This document shows, piece after piece, positions 56,526-64,000 of a stretch of 64,000 nt of DNA. Made by a program: the position numbers and the translations under genes. Source of the DNA: Escherichia phage Murica. Each line of letters opens with the position of its first letter. Positions within the stretch are counted from its first letter, which is position 1. Location: the sequence record NC_041871.1. One strand, 5' to 3'. The notes beneath the pieces were generated by a model. The model was not told the DNA's origin. It saw nothing but the letters and a program-made list of their open reading frames with translations, and did not search any database.

Positions 56526-56546
56526 AAGGGTGGTTATTCCACCCTT
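56526..56546 (+). terminator. hairpin after phoH (no U-tract; weak terminator or RNA processing site)
   Basis: 8-bp stem AAGGGTGG/CCACCCTT with 5-nt loop. Confidence 0.3.
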
Positions 56547-56564
56547 AAATATCTAAAACAGTTG

Positions 56565-56593
56565 TTGACAAATAGGTAAGCTTTAGATATTAT
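56565..56593 (+). promoter_or_regulatory. promoter TTGACA-17-TATTAT
   Basis: consensus -35 and near-consensus -10 upstream of the 56622 gene. Confidence 0.55.
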
Positions 56594-56621
56594 TATCGGA
56601 CAAAACAGAGAGAAGGACAGT

Positions 56622-56933
56622 ATGGCTACAATACAAGAGAAACTGAATAAAATATACTGCCTGTTTGTCTATAACGGCGAGACAATTTTGGCAAATAAGG
56701 GATCCAAGAATGTGTGGACCAAGGACAGCGGTGGTAATATAATTAACTTAGCGTTGCTACGTGAGCGCCGACACAGATTCTTTATCGAGTCTAGAATTAT
56801 TGAAAGCAGCACTTGCTACAGAACAGGCGATAAAGTAATTGTTGACAATGATACGTGGTATGTGGTAGACTGGCAATCATTGAGTTGTGATGCTTCTGAC
56901 AATCGTAAGTATTCCATAGTGATTGCTAAATAA
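56622..56933 (+). CDS. hypothetical protein
   Basis: 103-aa ORF with RBS; contains an internal promoter-like element at 56842-56871. Confidence 0.4.
   Translation: MATIQEKLNKIYCLFVYNGETILANKGSKNVWTKDSGGNIINLALLRERRHRFFIESRIIESSTCYRTGDKVIVDNDTWYVVDWQSLSCDASDNRKYSIVIAK
56842..56871 (+). promoter_or_regulatory. promoter-like TTGACA-18-TGTGG-TAGACT inside the 3' end of the preceding ORF
   Basis: same TTGACA..TGTGG architecture as at 33473 and 38800; about 120 bp upstream of the ClpP-like gene. Confidence 0.35.
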
Positions 56934-56993
56934 AGGTAAATGTGAATCAGGTTTAAATAAATAGCTTTCAACTTCCAATATTAAGGATTTCTC

Positions 56994-58043
56994 ATGAATT
57001 TAACACCTCGCAGAACCATGGTACACGGCATGAAAGAAAAACAGAACGGTTTCGAACCTATGAGTAATAAAATGTTTGGTATGCCGGGCGGTATCATGGA
57101 AACATACAGCTACCCAACACCTGTTGTTGACCACGTTCTTTATATCGACGATTTGGAAGACTTACAAGATCATATGTCTCGCCTGCAGACGATCCGTATG
57201 GCTCAGCCTGAAGAAAGCATTCGAGTGATCATTAACAGCCCTGGTGGTTGCGTGCACATTGCGATGGCTTATCTGCAGGCATTCCGCGAGTCTCAGGCAA
57301 GCGTTGTTGCACATGCTGAAGGAATGTGCTGCTCTGCGGGAACAATCTTATGGCTGGGTTGCAAAGAACGCACTGTGGCTCCGGACACAGAGTTTATGTT
57401 CCACTACTATCAAGGTGGCACTTATGGTAACGGTGTGAACATGAATACTCAGGTCAGCTACTGGAAAAAACGTTTTGAACGCCTGATTGAAAAATACTAC
57501 GGTGGGGTGCTGACAGAAGATGAGATCGCATCCATCACAGCTGGTGGCGAAGTGTGGTTGGACGGAGAAGAGCTGGCAGCACGCACTGGAGCTATTATTC
57601 TGGATGAAGGCAACATACAACGCATCCAGAACGGACAAAAACCGAAAAAGCTTCTGGCAAAAGGTGATGAAGAAGGCGTGTTAGGTGAAGCAGGTCTCCC
57701 GGAGATTCACCAGTGCACATCTTTAGATGAGTTAGTTCATGCTGTTGAATCTGCAAAAGCGGGTGGTTCGAAAGGTGATGTTCACACTGTGTTCCTGAAT
57801 CTGCAGATGGAAAGTGGCGAGACCGTCAGAATTGCCCTGGGTGAGATTACTTCAGAAGATCTGCAGAGATTCTCTGTCGTTGAACTTCAGGATATTCTGT
57901 CTCAATTGAAGACTACTCTGAACGGCGGTGAAGAGGTTAAGGTGAAAGATAAGACTCGCAAGCGTCTGGTGGACAATATTATTAAAACAGCAAAAGAGCT
58001 CAATGAAAAAATCCTGGGTGCAGGAATTGTCGAAGAAGCTTAA
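56994..58043 (+). CDS. ClpP-family serine protease-like protein with C-terminal extension
   Basis: IINSPGG, GMCCSAG (Ser) and MFH (His) motifs in ClpP order within the first 180 aa; about 170 aa of extra charged C-terminal sequence. Confidence 0.6.
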   Translation: MNLTPRRTMVHGMKEKQNGFEPMSNKMFGMPGGIMETYSYPTPVVDHVLYIDDLEDLQDHMSRLQTIRMAQPEESIRVIINSPGGCVHIAMAYLQAFRESQASVVAHAEGMCCSAGTILWLGCKERTVAPDTEFMFHYYQGGTYGNGVNMNTQVSYWKKRFERLIEKYYGGVLTEDEIASITAGGEVWLDGEELAARTGAIILDEGNIQRIQNGQKPKKLLAKGDEEGVLGEAGLPEIHQCTSLDELVHAVESAKAGGSKGDVHTVFLNLQMESGETVRIALGEITSEDLQRFSVVELQDILSQLKTTLNGGEEVKVKDKTRKRLVDNIIKTAKELNEKILGAGIVEEA

Positions 58044-58057
58044 ACATTAATTCTAAA

Positions 58058-58079
58058 GCCCTCTTCGGAGGGCTTTTAT
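58058..58079 (+). terminator. rho-independent terminator
   Basis: AGCCCTC-TTCG-GAGGGCT followed by TTTAT. Confidence 0.6.
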
Positions 58080-58094
58080 GATCTGGAGATTTGC

Positions 58095-58628
58095 ATGACT
58101 TGTGCTAGAAAACCTGATGAACAACGTAACGCCTACGATGAGTATGTGACACCGGAGTGGTGTGCAGAAGGGCTGTATGACCTTATTCAGTTCCCAGAAG
58201 ACTGGACCTACTTAGAGCCTTGCAGGAATAGTGCCTCAGGTGTGTTCTACTCCCGTATGCCGTTAGGATCTGCATGGGGAGAAATACAAGAAGGTGTTGA
58301 CTATCTGAATACAGAATACAACCATGTTGACTGTATTATCACCAACCCACCATACAGCCTGGCTCGTGAGTTTGTAGACAAGGCGTTGAAAGATGCTGAC
58401 GTAGTTATTATGCTTTTGCGTCTTAATTTTCTGGAAAGCAAAGCCAGATTTGAATGGTGGCTTGATAATGCACCTACTACTGTGATCACAATATCTAAGC
58501 GTCCATCATTTCAATCAAACGGCAGAACTGACGGGCAAGCATATGCATATTTTGTGTGGGATAAGAAAAACCGTTTAGACTTGCCGCCGTTTATGTGGTT
58601 GGCACCCCCAGAGGTAGACCTGAAATGA
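58095..58628 (+). CDS. small N6-adenine methyltransferase-like protein (NPPY motif)
   Basis: 177 aa with TNPPY motif IV. Confidence 0.5.
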   Translation: MTCARKPDEQRNAYDEYVTPEWCAEGLYDLIQFPEDWTYLEPCRNSASGVFYSRMPLGSAWGEIQEGVDYLNTEYNHVDCIITNPPYSLAREFVDKALKDADVVIMLLRLNFLESKARFEWWLDNAPTTVITISKRPSFQSNGRTDGQAYAYFVWDKKNRLDLPPFMWLAPPEVDLK

Positions 58629-58909
58629 AAATGAGTGCTAAGGACAAATTACACCATCTAGCGCTAAAACGCCCTGTAACGCTCCCTGACGAACTTAACT
58701 CCATTTATGATGCGATTGTAGGGGAGATACAAAATAAAGCGTTAGCAGGCTTTCTGGGGTGCGGATTTTCGATAAATCTACCCTCGCATCTCTCAGATTA
58801 CTTCCCGCACATTGTTGGAGATTTAAGGGCAGGAGGTCTGCAGGTAGATGTTGTTGGCATCTCCCCAGAGAAAAATAATACGGTTGCCTACTTGACAGTA
58901 ACCTGGTAG
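58625..58909 (+). CDS. hypothetical protein
   Basis: ATG overlapping the preceding stop (ATGA), RBS GAGGTAGACC. Confidence 0.35.
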   Translation: MKMSAKDKLHHLALKRPVTLPDELNSIYDAIVGEIQNKALAGFLGCGFSINLPSHLSDYFPHIVGDLRAGGLQVDVVGISPEKNNTVAYLTVTW

Positions 58910-58945
58910 TTGTGTATTGTTGTTTTCAACAAGAGGGGGTCATTT

Positions 58946-59185
58946 ATGTACAAGTCATTTTCAATCTACTCAAGACAGGCGAAACACTACACAGAGATCC
59001 TGATCACTCAGAAAAAATCTGTGGAAGGTGAGTGGGAATATCACCATAAAATGTTGCGTCCAGACTGGGTTTTTGATAGACTTATTGCTATGATCCCTCT
59101 CGGAGAAGTATACCCTCTGACAGCCCATCGCGATGCTTGGGATTTAATTGATTACATAGATTCATTTAAGGAGCCTAGATTATGA
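58946..59185 (+). CDS. hypothetical protein
   Basis: ATG after AAGAGGGGG (track start 58910 is TTG). Confidence 0.35.
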   Translation: MYKSFSIYSRQAKHYTEILITQKKSVEGEWEYHHKMLRPDWVFDRLIAMIPLGEVYPLTAHRDAWDLIDYIDSFKEPRL

Positions 59186-59580
59186 AGATTGAGATTACTA
59201 AAGAAGGTAAGAAAGTGTCCGGCAACTATGCAACAGTAATTCGGGATTTAATGTTTGAAGCCACCAAGATCGGTACATCTAAAGTTGGTCAAACTGTTAG
59301 TGTGAAAAGTAATATCTCCACAGGAGAGAAGGTATTCATTGTGGTCAAAGGGCAGGATCCCGTGGAAGGAACAGTGGGCCGAGGTGGCTACCTGTGCATT
59401 TCTGAAGAGCCGCGTATGTTAGTGGCTGACGCTACTATGGGTGGGAAACGTGTGTGCGAGGCGGATGAGGTAATGATTATCCAACCTGTTGATCCAGATG
59501 ACCCAGCAACTTGGGTGGTAGGAAATGAAATCTTCTCTTTAGAAGAGTTATCCTTCCCAGCACCGCGCTCTGTTCAGTAA
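59182..59580 (+). CDS. hypothetical protein
   Basis: 132-aa ORF with AAGGAG RBS. Confidence 0.4.
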   Translation: MKIEITKEGKKVSGNYATVIRDLMFEATKIGTSKVGQTVSVKSNISTGEKVFIVVKGQDPVEGTVGRGGYLCISEEPRMLVADATMGGKRVCEADEVMIIQPVDPDDPATWVVGNEIFSLEELSFPAPRSVQ

Positions 59581-59617
59581 TAATTTATCTTACCAGGGAC
59601 GGTAGGTAGGAGGTAGC

Positions 59618-59851
59618 ATGAAAGTTAAATTTCTTACAGATTTAGGGTACCCTTCCTTGGTTGACTGTGTTGGTAAAATTGTGGAAGCAAAACGGCTATC
59701 TGCAAACGAGAATGTTGTCCTGGTTAAAGGGAAGGATTTACTAGCTGCAGGTGCAGAGTCTGGCAGGATCTCTCCTGATTATATGTATTACCTATCTTTA
59801 AGTAATCTGCCAGAGCGAGGCGGTAAAGGCCTTGAAGTTGTGGAGGAGTGA
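59618..59851 (+). CDS. small protein, member of a three-copy paralogous family (MKVK-L...DLLAAGA)
   Basis: 77 aa; shares N-terminal MKVKxL and central G(K/A)DL(I/L)AAGA motif with 63180..63404 and 63394..63648. Confidence 0.45.
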   Translation: MKVKFLTDLGYPSLVDCVGKIVEAKRLSANENVVLVKGKDLLAAGAESGRISPDYMYYLSLSNLPERGGKGLEVVEE

Positions 59852-59856
59852 CAGGT

Positions 59857-60381
59857 ATGCTTCTGATTAACTGGGAAGACCTCTATGGGGACAAAGACCC
59901 TGTTGCGTTTGTTGATCGTAGGTGGAGATACACTGAAGAACAACTGGCGGCAAAAAATTTAACTGCAAAACGCAGAAAGATCATCCAGTGCAAGTACAAA
60001 TACGCACAGTTTGCTGCAAAAGTGTCTCCACAAATCGAGAGCTTTGTGCTTAAATTGTATGACGAGTACCTCAAATTCAAATTGGATTTTGTGCAGGTGT
60101 ACCGTGCACAGGTACGACCAGATACCAACATATGTAGATGGAAGGTTGTTTGTGAAGGTAAAGATTTGCCGCTCAGCTTGACAATTGAGTGGCGTTATGG
60201 GTATCATGAGTGTGGTCTGTATGATATTTGGGATGTCATTGTAGATCCTGCTAAGCATCTGAACACAGAGGAGCTGGAATATATCAATAAGGTTATTCTC
60301 GATATGTTTTTCAGCTACACACATGAAAACTCTGAGAAAGAACGGGATAATTTTCTTGACACCCTCAGCGACCATTTGTAG
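59857..60381 (+). CDS. hypothetical protein
   Basis: ATG after GGAGGAG (track start GTG 59848). Confidence 0.4.
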   Translation: MLLINWEDLYGDKDPVAFVDRRWRYTEEQLAAKNLTAKRRKIIQCKYKYAQFAAKVSPQIESFVLKLYDEYLKFKLDFVQVYRAQVRPDTNICRWKVVCEGKDLPLSLTIEWRYGYHECGLYDIWDVIVDPAKHLNTEELEYINKVILDMFFSYTHENSEKERDNFLDTLSDHL

Positions 60382-60411
60382 TATACAATTTAACCTACAA
60401 AGGGAGGACCA

Positions 60412-60639
60412 ATGAGTATAAATGTTGTGCTAATAGGTTACCTGGTAATGTCCGTTATAACAGCGGTATTCTTGACAGGTGTATGCATCGTGTCCAGACG
60501 AAGGGTGAAGTTTGATGATTTTATCACCATCATCACTGCTGCACCTTTTTGGCCTGTTGTTATCTTCATCGTAATAATGTGCCTAGTTGATTACTACAAG
60601 AATATCAGGAAGGAGAGTAGGGATGGAGACCGCACCTAA
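60412..60639 (+). CDS. small membrane protein (two predicted TM helices)
   Basis: 75 aa with two hydrophobic stretches; RBS AGGGAGG. Confidence 0.4.
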   Translation: MSINVVLIGYLVMSVITAVFLTGVCIVSRRRVKFDDFITIITAAPFWPVVIFIVIMCLVDYYKNIRKESRDGDRT

Positions 60640-60858
60640 AACTATCTATACTGTTCTTAAAGAGATTGCGTTCTACGCAGATCTTAGCCAGGCACCTTTA
60701 TGGGAAAAGAGCATGTATTTAAAATGGTGCGTTAATTTAGGGAGACCTTCCAGTGTTTCAAGCCATGTTTATTGAGATGCTATCTGGGATATTGTTACTA
60801 GTAGCCATCTTAGGTGGTGCAGTTCTGATGTATAACTATCTTGAAAAAGGAGACAGCA

Positions 60859-61044
60859 ATGGTAAAAAATAAATCTTTAGAGCAGGCTGAAAACCTTCTC
60901 CACGAGCTGGTAAAGGAGTGGAAAGTTGAATACTCAGATTTTAATGCACGAGAGGGTGAAGATTATTGGCCTACGGAGCGCTCAGAGGGCGAATGGTATC
61001 AAGATTTTATAGAGTGGTTATATCAGACGTGCGATGAGGGGTGA
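60859..61044 (+). CDS. hypothetical small acidic protein
   Basis: ATG after AAAAGGAGACAGCA (track start TTG 60841). Confidence 0.35.
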   Translation: MVKNKSLEQAENLLHELVKEWKVEYSDFNAREGEDYWPTERSEGEWYQDFIEWLYQTCDEG

Positions 61045-61046
61045 CG

Positions 61047-61511
61047 ATGTTTGTTAAATATGTAAAAACGTGCCTCAACAGTCTTGGCAGAGAGCATTGG
61101 TACACCTTGCTTGAAAAAGGGGAAATTTTAACAAAATCTGGAAAGATAACTTTGATACCTCTTGATAGTAAAGGTAAAGACCCGTCACGACTTGTTATAG
61201 ATGATTACGTTACAGGTGTGACGTTCGAGGTCTCTGTGGAGAGGTTAATACGCAGAGCTGGCGGCCCTTATGACCGAAGAGAGTATGTTTTCGATTCCGT
61301 TACAGAGATGGGGGAGCATCCGTCTTTAATGTTCAGGATGGTAATCAGAGATATGAGGTCATCTATAGATAGGATCGTAAAGGACATTAAGGAACCTTTT
61401 AGAGTAAAAGTTAAGAAGTTTTTCGATTCTAAGATTAACATACTCGCCGTTGCACTAGGTGTAGTTCAACTTCTGTTAATTTTGCACTATTTTGAACTAC
61501 TATTTAAGTAG
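61047..61511 (+). CDS. hypothetical protein with C-terminal hydrophobic helix
   Basis: ATG just after the upstream stop; C-terminal ILAVALGVVQLLLIL. Confidence 0.4.
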   Translation: MFVKYVKTCLNSLGREHWYTLLEKGEILTKSGKITLIPLDSKGKDPSRLVIDDYVTGVTFEVSVERLIRRAGGPYDRREYVFDSVTEMGEHPSLMFRMVIRDMRSSIDRIVKDIKEPFRVKVKKFFDSKINILAVALGVVQLLLILHYFELLFK

Positions 61512-61573
61512 TAGTTGAGATATGGCACAAAGGATGTGCCATAGTGAAATAAACTAAGAAAGAGGTAGAGAGA

Positions 61574-61921
61574 ATGCCAAAGATTAAAACGTTATTACTG
61601 TGGGTAGCTGTTTTAGCTTTTATAGGGTACTGGACTTGGGAAACTGAATTAAAAGATATCGGATATACCAGTCTTGAGAGCAAGGCGTGCATTGGCATAA
61701 CCGATGCGTTCAGGCAAAATGCTATGGATCACGAATGTGTTGATGCAGATATAGATGAGAAACTGTCTAAGGACAAAGATTTTTACCATGGGCATGCTTT
61801 ACTTGATAGTGGTGACACTGTAGAGTTCTGGTCGTGGTTTCGTGAAGATGGAACAATAAAAACAGCAGTAAAGATCTCTAACAAAGAGTTAATGCTGTTG
61901 CAGCAAAAGGAGGCTCAATGA
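61574..61921 (+). CDS. hypothetical secreted/membrane-anchored protein
   Basis: N-terminal hydrophobic segment LLLWVAVLAFIGYW; RBS AAGAGG. Confidence 0.4.
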   Translation: MPKIKTLLLWVAVLAFIGYWTWETELKDIGYTSLESKACIGITDAFRQNAMDHECVDADIDEKLSKDKDFYHGHALLDSGDTVEFWSWFREDGTIKTAVKISNKELMLLQQKEAQ

Positions 61922-62205
61922 TCTGGATATCCTATGCTGATGGCACCATGCTGTATACTGCAGGTACCAGATATGAAGTTCAGGAGAACGATAAAAAATT
62001 TATCGTAAAAACATTTGACAAGGACGACAACCTTTTGCTAGAATTGACTTACAAAGTTGGAGAGGTATCCAATATCCAGTTGGATTGTGGTCATAAAGAT
62101 AATCCACTCAAAAAACCTGGAGTAGGTAAGGCTTCAGAAGAACGTCTGTCTCGTATTGCAGAAAGCGTTTCTCCCCAAAAATCTAAGAAGAGGACTAGAA
62201 AATGA
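61918..62205 (+). CDS. hypothetical protein
   Basis: 95-aa ORF, ATGA coupling, AAGGAGG RBS. Confidence 0.4.
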   Translation: MIWISYADGTMLYTAGTRYEVQENDKKFIVKTFDKDDNLLLELTYKVGEVSNIQLDCGHKDNPLKKPGVGKASEERLSRIAESVSPQKSKKRTRK

Positions 62206-62396
62206 AAAACTTACGTTTTAACACTTATTACTACAACACATTGAATGATTTGTATTATATTGTTCGAAGTAAAAGTCCTGAAACAGTCCTATTCTGCCGC
62301 GAACCTTTCAAAGGGGAGGAAGTAGAGTCTGAGATGAATGTTAGCCAGATCACCTCTTTGTTGCTCTCAGGCGCAATGGAAGAAGCAATATTCTAA
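62202..62396 (+). CDS. hypothetical small protein
   Basis: 64-aa ORF coupled to the upstream gene. Confidence 0.35.
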   Translation: MKNLRFNTYYYNTLNDLYYIVRSKSPETVLFCREPFKGEEVESEMNVSQITSLLLSGAMEEAIF

Positions 62397-62414
62397 ACCA
62401 GGCAGGAGGGTTTT

Positions 62415-62603
62415 ATGAAGCACTATTGCCTGTCTGGTAGAATGGGTGCAGATTGTGATTGGGTTTTCTTAAAACTTGTCAGCATTCGAGAGTTCATCCC
62501 AGAGGAAGAGCAAGAAAGCGAGCTGATGTCATGGATCAACCATTACGGTAACACTTTTCGGCATGTTAAGGTAGAAGAGTTGCCAAGCGAGGCTGAATTA
62601 TGA
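62415..62603 (+). CDS. hypothetical small protein
   Basis: 62-aa ORF with AGGAGGG RBS. Confidence 0.35.
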   Translation: MKHYCLSGRMGADCDWVFLKLVSIREFIPEEEQESELMSWINHYGNTFRHVKVEELPSEAEL

Positions 62604-62896
62604 AACTTTTTGAGTGGTTTAAAAAGTTTAAATATAAAGCTGTAGCCATCGTGCCGTGGTCCATTCAGTGGGTTGATGAAGGTGGTCTACCGATACCTGG
62701 TGACAAAGATACTGGGTACTGGATTATGATGGAGAACGGGTTTGGAAAGCGAAAGTATACGTGCACAAACTCTACTCGATCTGCACTTAATAGAGTGCCC
62801 GGTTACAAACTTATGGTTGTGTGGAAAATGTCAGGCGTGCCTCCAGCCAATGCTCAATTTCTTACTGACAATCCGACCACGGTAGAGGGAGATTGA
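62600..62896 (+). CDS. hypothetical protein
   Basis: 98-aa ORF, ATGA coupling. Confidence 0.35.
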   Translation: MKLFEWFKKFKYKAVAIVPWSIQWVDEGGLPIPGDKDTGYWIMMENGFGKRKYTCTNSTRSALNRVPGYKLMVVWKMSGVPPANAQFLTDNPTTVEGD

Positions 62897-62898
62897 TA

Positions 62899-63180
62899 AT
62901 GAAAAAGATTAACAGTAGTGAAGTAGAGTTTAAACTTGTCGGAAAAGGCACTTACTGGGAAGTTCGTCAAAAGGTATATTTGTTCGGTCTTATTCCCTAC
63001 TGGTCTAAATTCTACTGGGGAGCTAACGAGTTGGGAAGATATGCCACCAAATCAATGGCACTTATTGGTATAGCAGAGTACATTGCAGCCCGAGACAGGG
63101 TTGGAACCACTTATTACTACACTGCTGACGATATTCGTAACAGTGTTTACGTCCCACAACCACCTGATGGAGACCGTTGA
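62899..63180 (+). CDS. hypothetical protein
   Basis: ATG after GAGGGAG (track start TTG 62893). Confidence 0.35.
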   Translation: MKKINSSEVEFKLVGKGTYWEVRQKVYLFGLIPYWSKFYWGANELGRYATKSMALIGIAEYIAARDRVGTTYYYTADDIRNSVYVPQPPDGDR

Positions 63181-63404
63181 TGAAAGTTAAAGTTTTAGAT
63201 TCAAGCTTCTATATTGGTCAGGAGCCTTTAGTAGGAAAAGTGTTTACTGCTGTCCCTAACGAAGATTACCCTGACCTTTTAAAAATAAAAGGAGCAGATC
63301 TTATTGCCGCTGGTGCATCTCAGGAATGCTTTGACAGTCAGTGGACCTATAACTTTGCCCTAGGTGAGGATGTAGAGGTAGTGGAGGACGATCATGAAGG
63401 TTAA
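63180..63404 (+). CDS. small protein, paralogous family member (MKVKVL...DLIAAGA)
   Basis: ATG at 63180; motif shared with 59618..59851 and 63394..63648. Confidence 0.45.
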   Translation: MKVKVLDSSFYIGQEPLVGKVFTAVPNEDYPDLLKIKGADLIAAGASQECFDSQWTYNFALGEDVEVVEDDHEG

Positions 63405-63648
63405 AATTCTTGATTCTAACGTCTACTTGGGGCAATCCTTCCTGAATGGAAAGGTCGTTCCTGCGGTATACTTTGAAGGGTTGCCGTGGGATGATCCTGT
63501 GCGGCAACATCACAATTATGTAGGCCACAACGTGGTGTTTATCTTGGGATCAGACCTGATCACCGCTGGTGCACCTGAATATTATTTCGGGGAAGAGTCC
63601 TACTATGCCTTTGGGGTAGGGTCAGATGCAGATATTGTAGAGCTGTGA
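63394..63648 (+). CDS. small protein, paralogous family member (MKVKIL...DLITAGA)
   Basis: overlaps the previous paralogue by 11 nt; RBS GGAGGACG. Confidence 0.45.
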   Translation: MKVKILDSNVYLGQSFLNGKVVPAVYFEGLPWDDPVRQHHNYVGHNVVFILGSDLITAGAPEYYFGEESYYAFGVGSDADIVEL

Positions 63649-63687
63649 TGGGTAACCGTTGTGAAAAATAAACTGTTTAAAGTTACA

Positions 63688-64000
63688 ATGAAAATTCGCG
63701 GGGCTTGGAGCGTAAAGCAAGGGCGTATTCCAGAATTTGAGAAAGACTTCTACGTAGTCTCCACCTCTGAGGAGGCTGCATGCTGGCAGGCTGGCTATGC
63801 CTATGCAAGAACCTGGTACGAAGGATACCAGACTGGGGGCTATGACGGAGAAATTATCAGCAAGGGTGTAGAAGAAATTAATGTGTTGACAAGTGAAAAA
63901 GTTTTTGTTATAGTGCATCCAGATTCCAGAGTGAAGCATTACTGGAATGCCAGAACAAAAACTTGGACACCGTTTGCAGATTCTGCTACGCCACTTTTAA
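63688..64000 (+). CDS. hypothetical protein, 5' part (open to the window end)
   Basis: ATG at 63688 opens a frame with no stop to position 64000; weak RBS; contains a promoter-like element. Confidence 0.3.
   Translation, partial: MKIRGAWSVKQGRIPEFEKDFYVVSTSEEAACWQAGYAYARTWYEGYQTGGYDGEIISKGVEEINVLTSEKVFVIVHPDSRVKHYWNARTKTWTPFADSATPLL
63886..63914 (+). promoter_or_regulatory. promoter-like TTGACA-17-TATAGT
   Basis: consensus -35 and good -10, but inside the putative ORF at the window end. Confidence 0.35.

Noticed and set aside
60587-60775. 62-aa ORF overlapping the end of the 60412..60639 membrane protein gene
   Set aside because: The long form starts inside the upstream gene; a shorter version from ATG 60623 with an AAGGAGAG RBS is possible but only about 50 aa, and it overlaps another small hydrophobic ORF, so it was not listed as a feature.
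63622-63939. 105-aa minus-strand ORF at the window end
   Set aside because: Lies antisense to the rightward gene series and a plus-strand open frame; no supporting signals.

Overview
The window reads as one contiguous segment of a large tailed dsDNA bacteriophage genome; no host chromosomal gene, integrase or CRISPR array was seen. Two divergent transcription blocks meet at about 33.45 kb. Leftward (minus strand) from there: a Pnk-like kinase and metallophosphoesterase, small early ORFs, an iteron-bearing intergenic region, a cluster of six clear tRNAs plus one atypical 97-nt tRNA-like element, a spanin pair, large terminase, portal, scaffold, decoration and lambda-E-like major capsid proteins, tail tube/sheath-like proteins, a tail assembly chaperone with a candidate -1 frameshift, tape measure, baseplate/spike proteins and a set of fibre/depolymerase-like receptor-binding proteins. 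Rightward (plus strand): RnlA-like RNA ligase, a Sir2-like enzyme, a MazG-like protein, DNA ligase, lambda-R-like endolysin, several nucleases, two N6-adenine methyltransferases, nucleotide-metabolism genes (dNMP kinase, ThyX, NrdA/B, glutaredoxin, NrdD/G), PhoH, a ClpP-like protease and many small unknown ORFs. The strongest candidates for something undescribed are the early NAD/RNA-repair gene cluster around the divergent promoter (32.4-36.3 kb) and the 31.4-32.0 kb intergenic hub with four tandem palindromic iterons. All protein calls rest on motifs recognised by eye in the supplied translations; no database search was run. Many start codons were adjusted from the ORF track using ATG/RBS context and remain uncertain.
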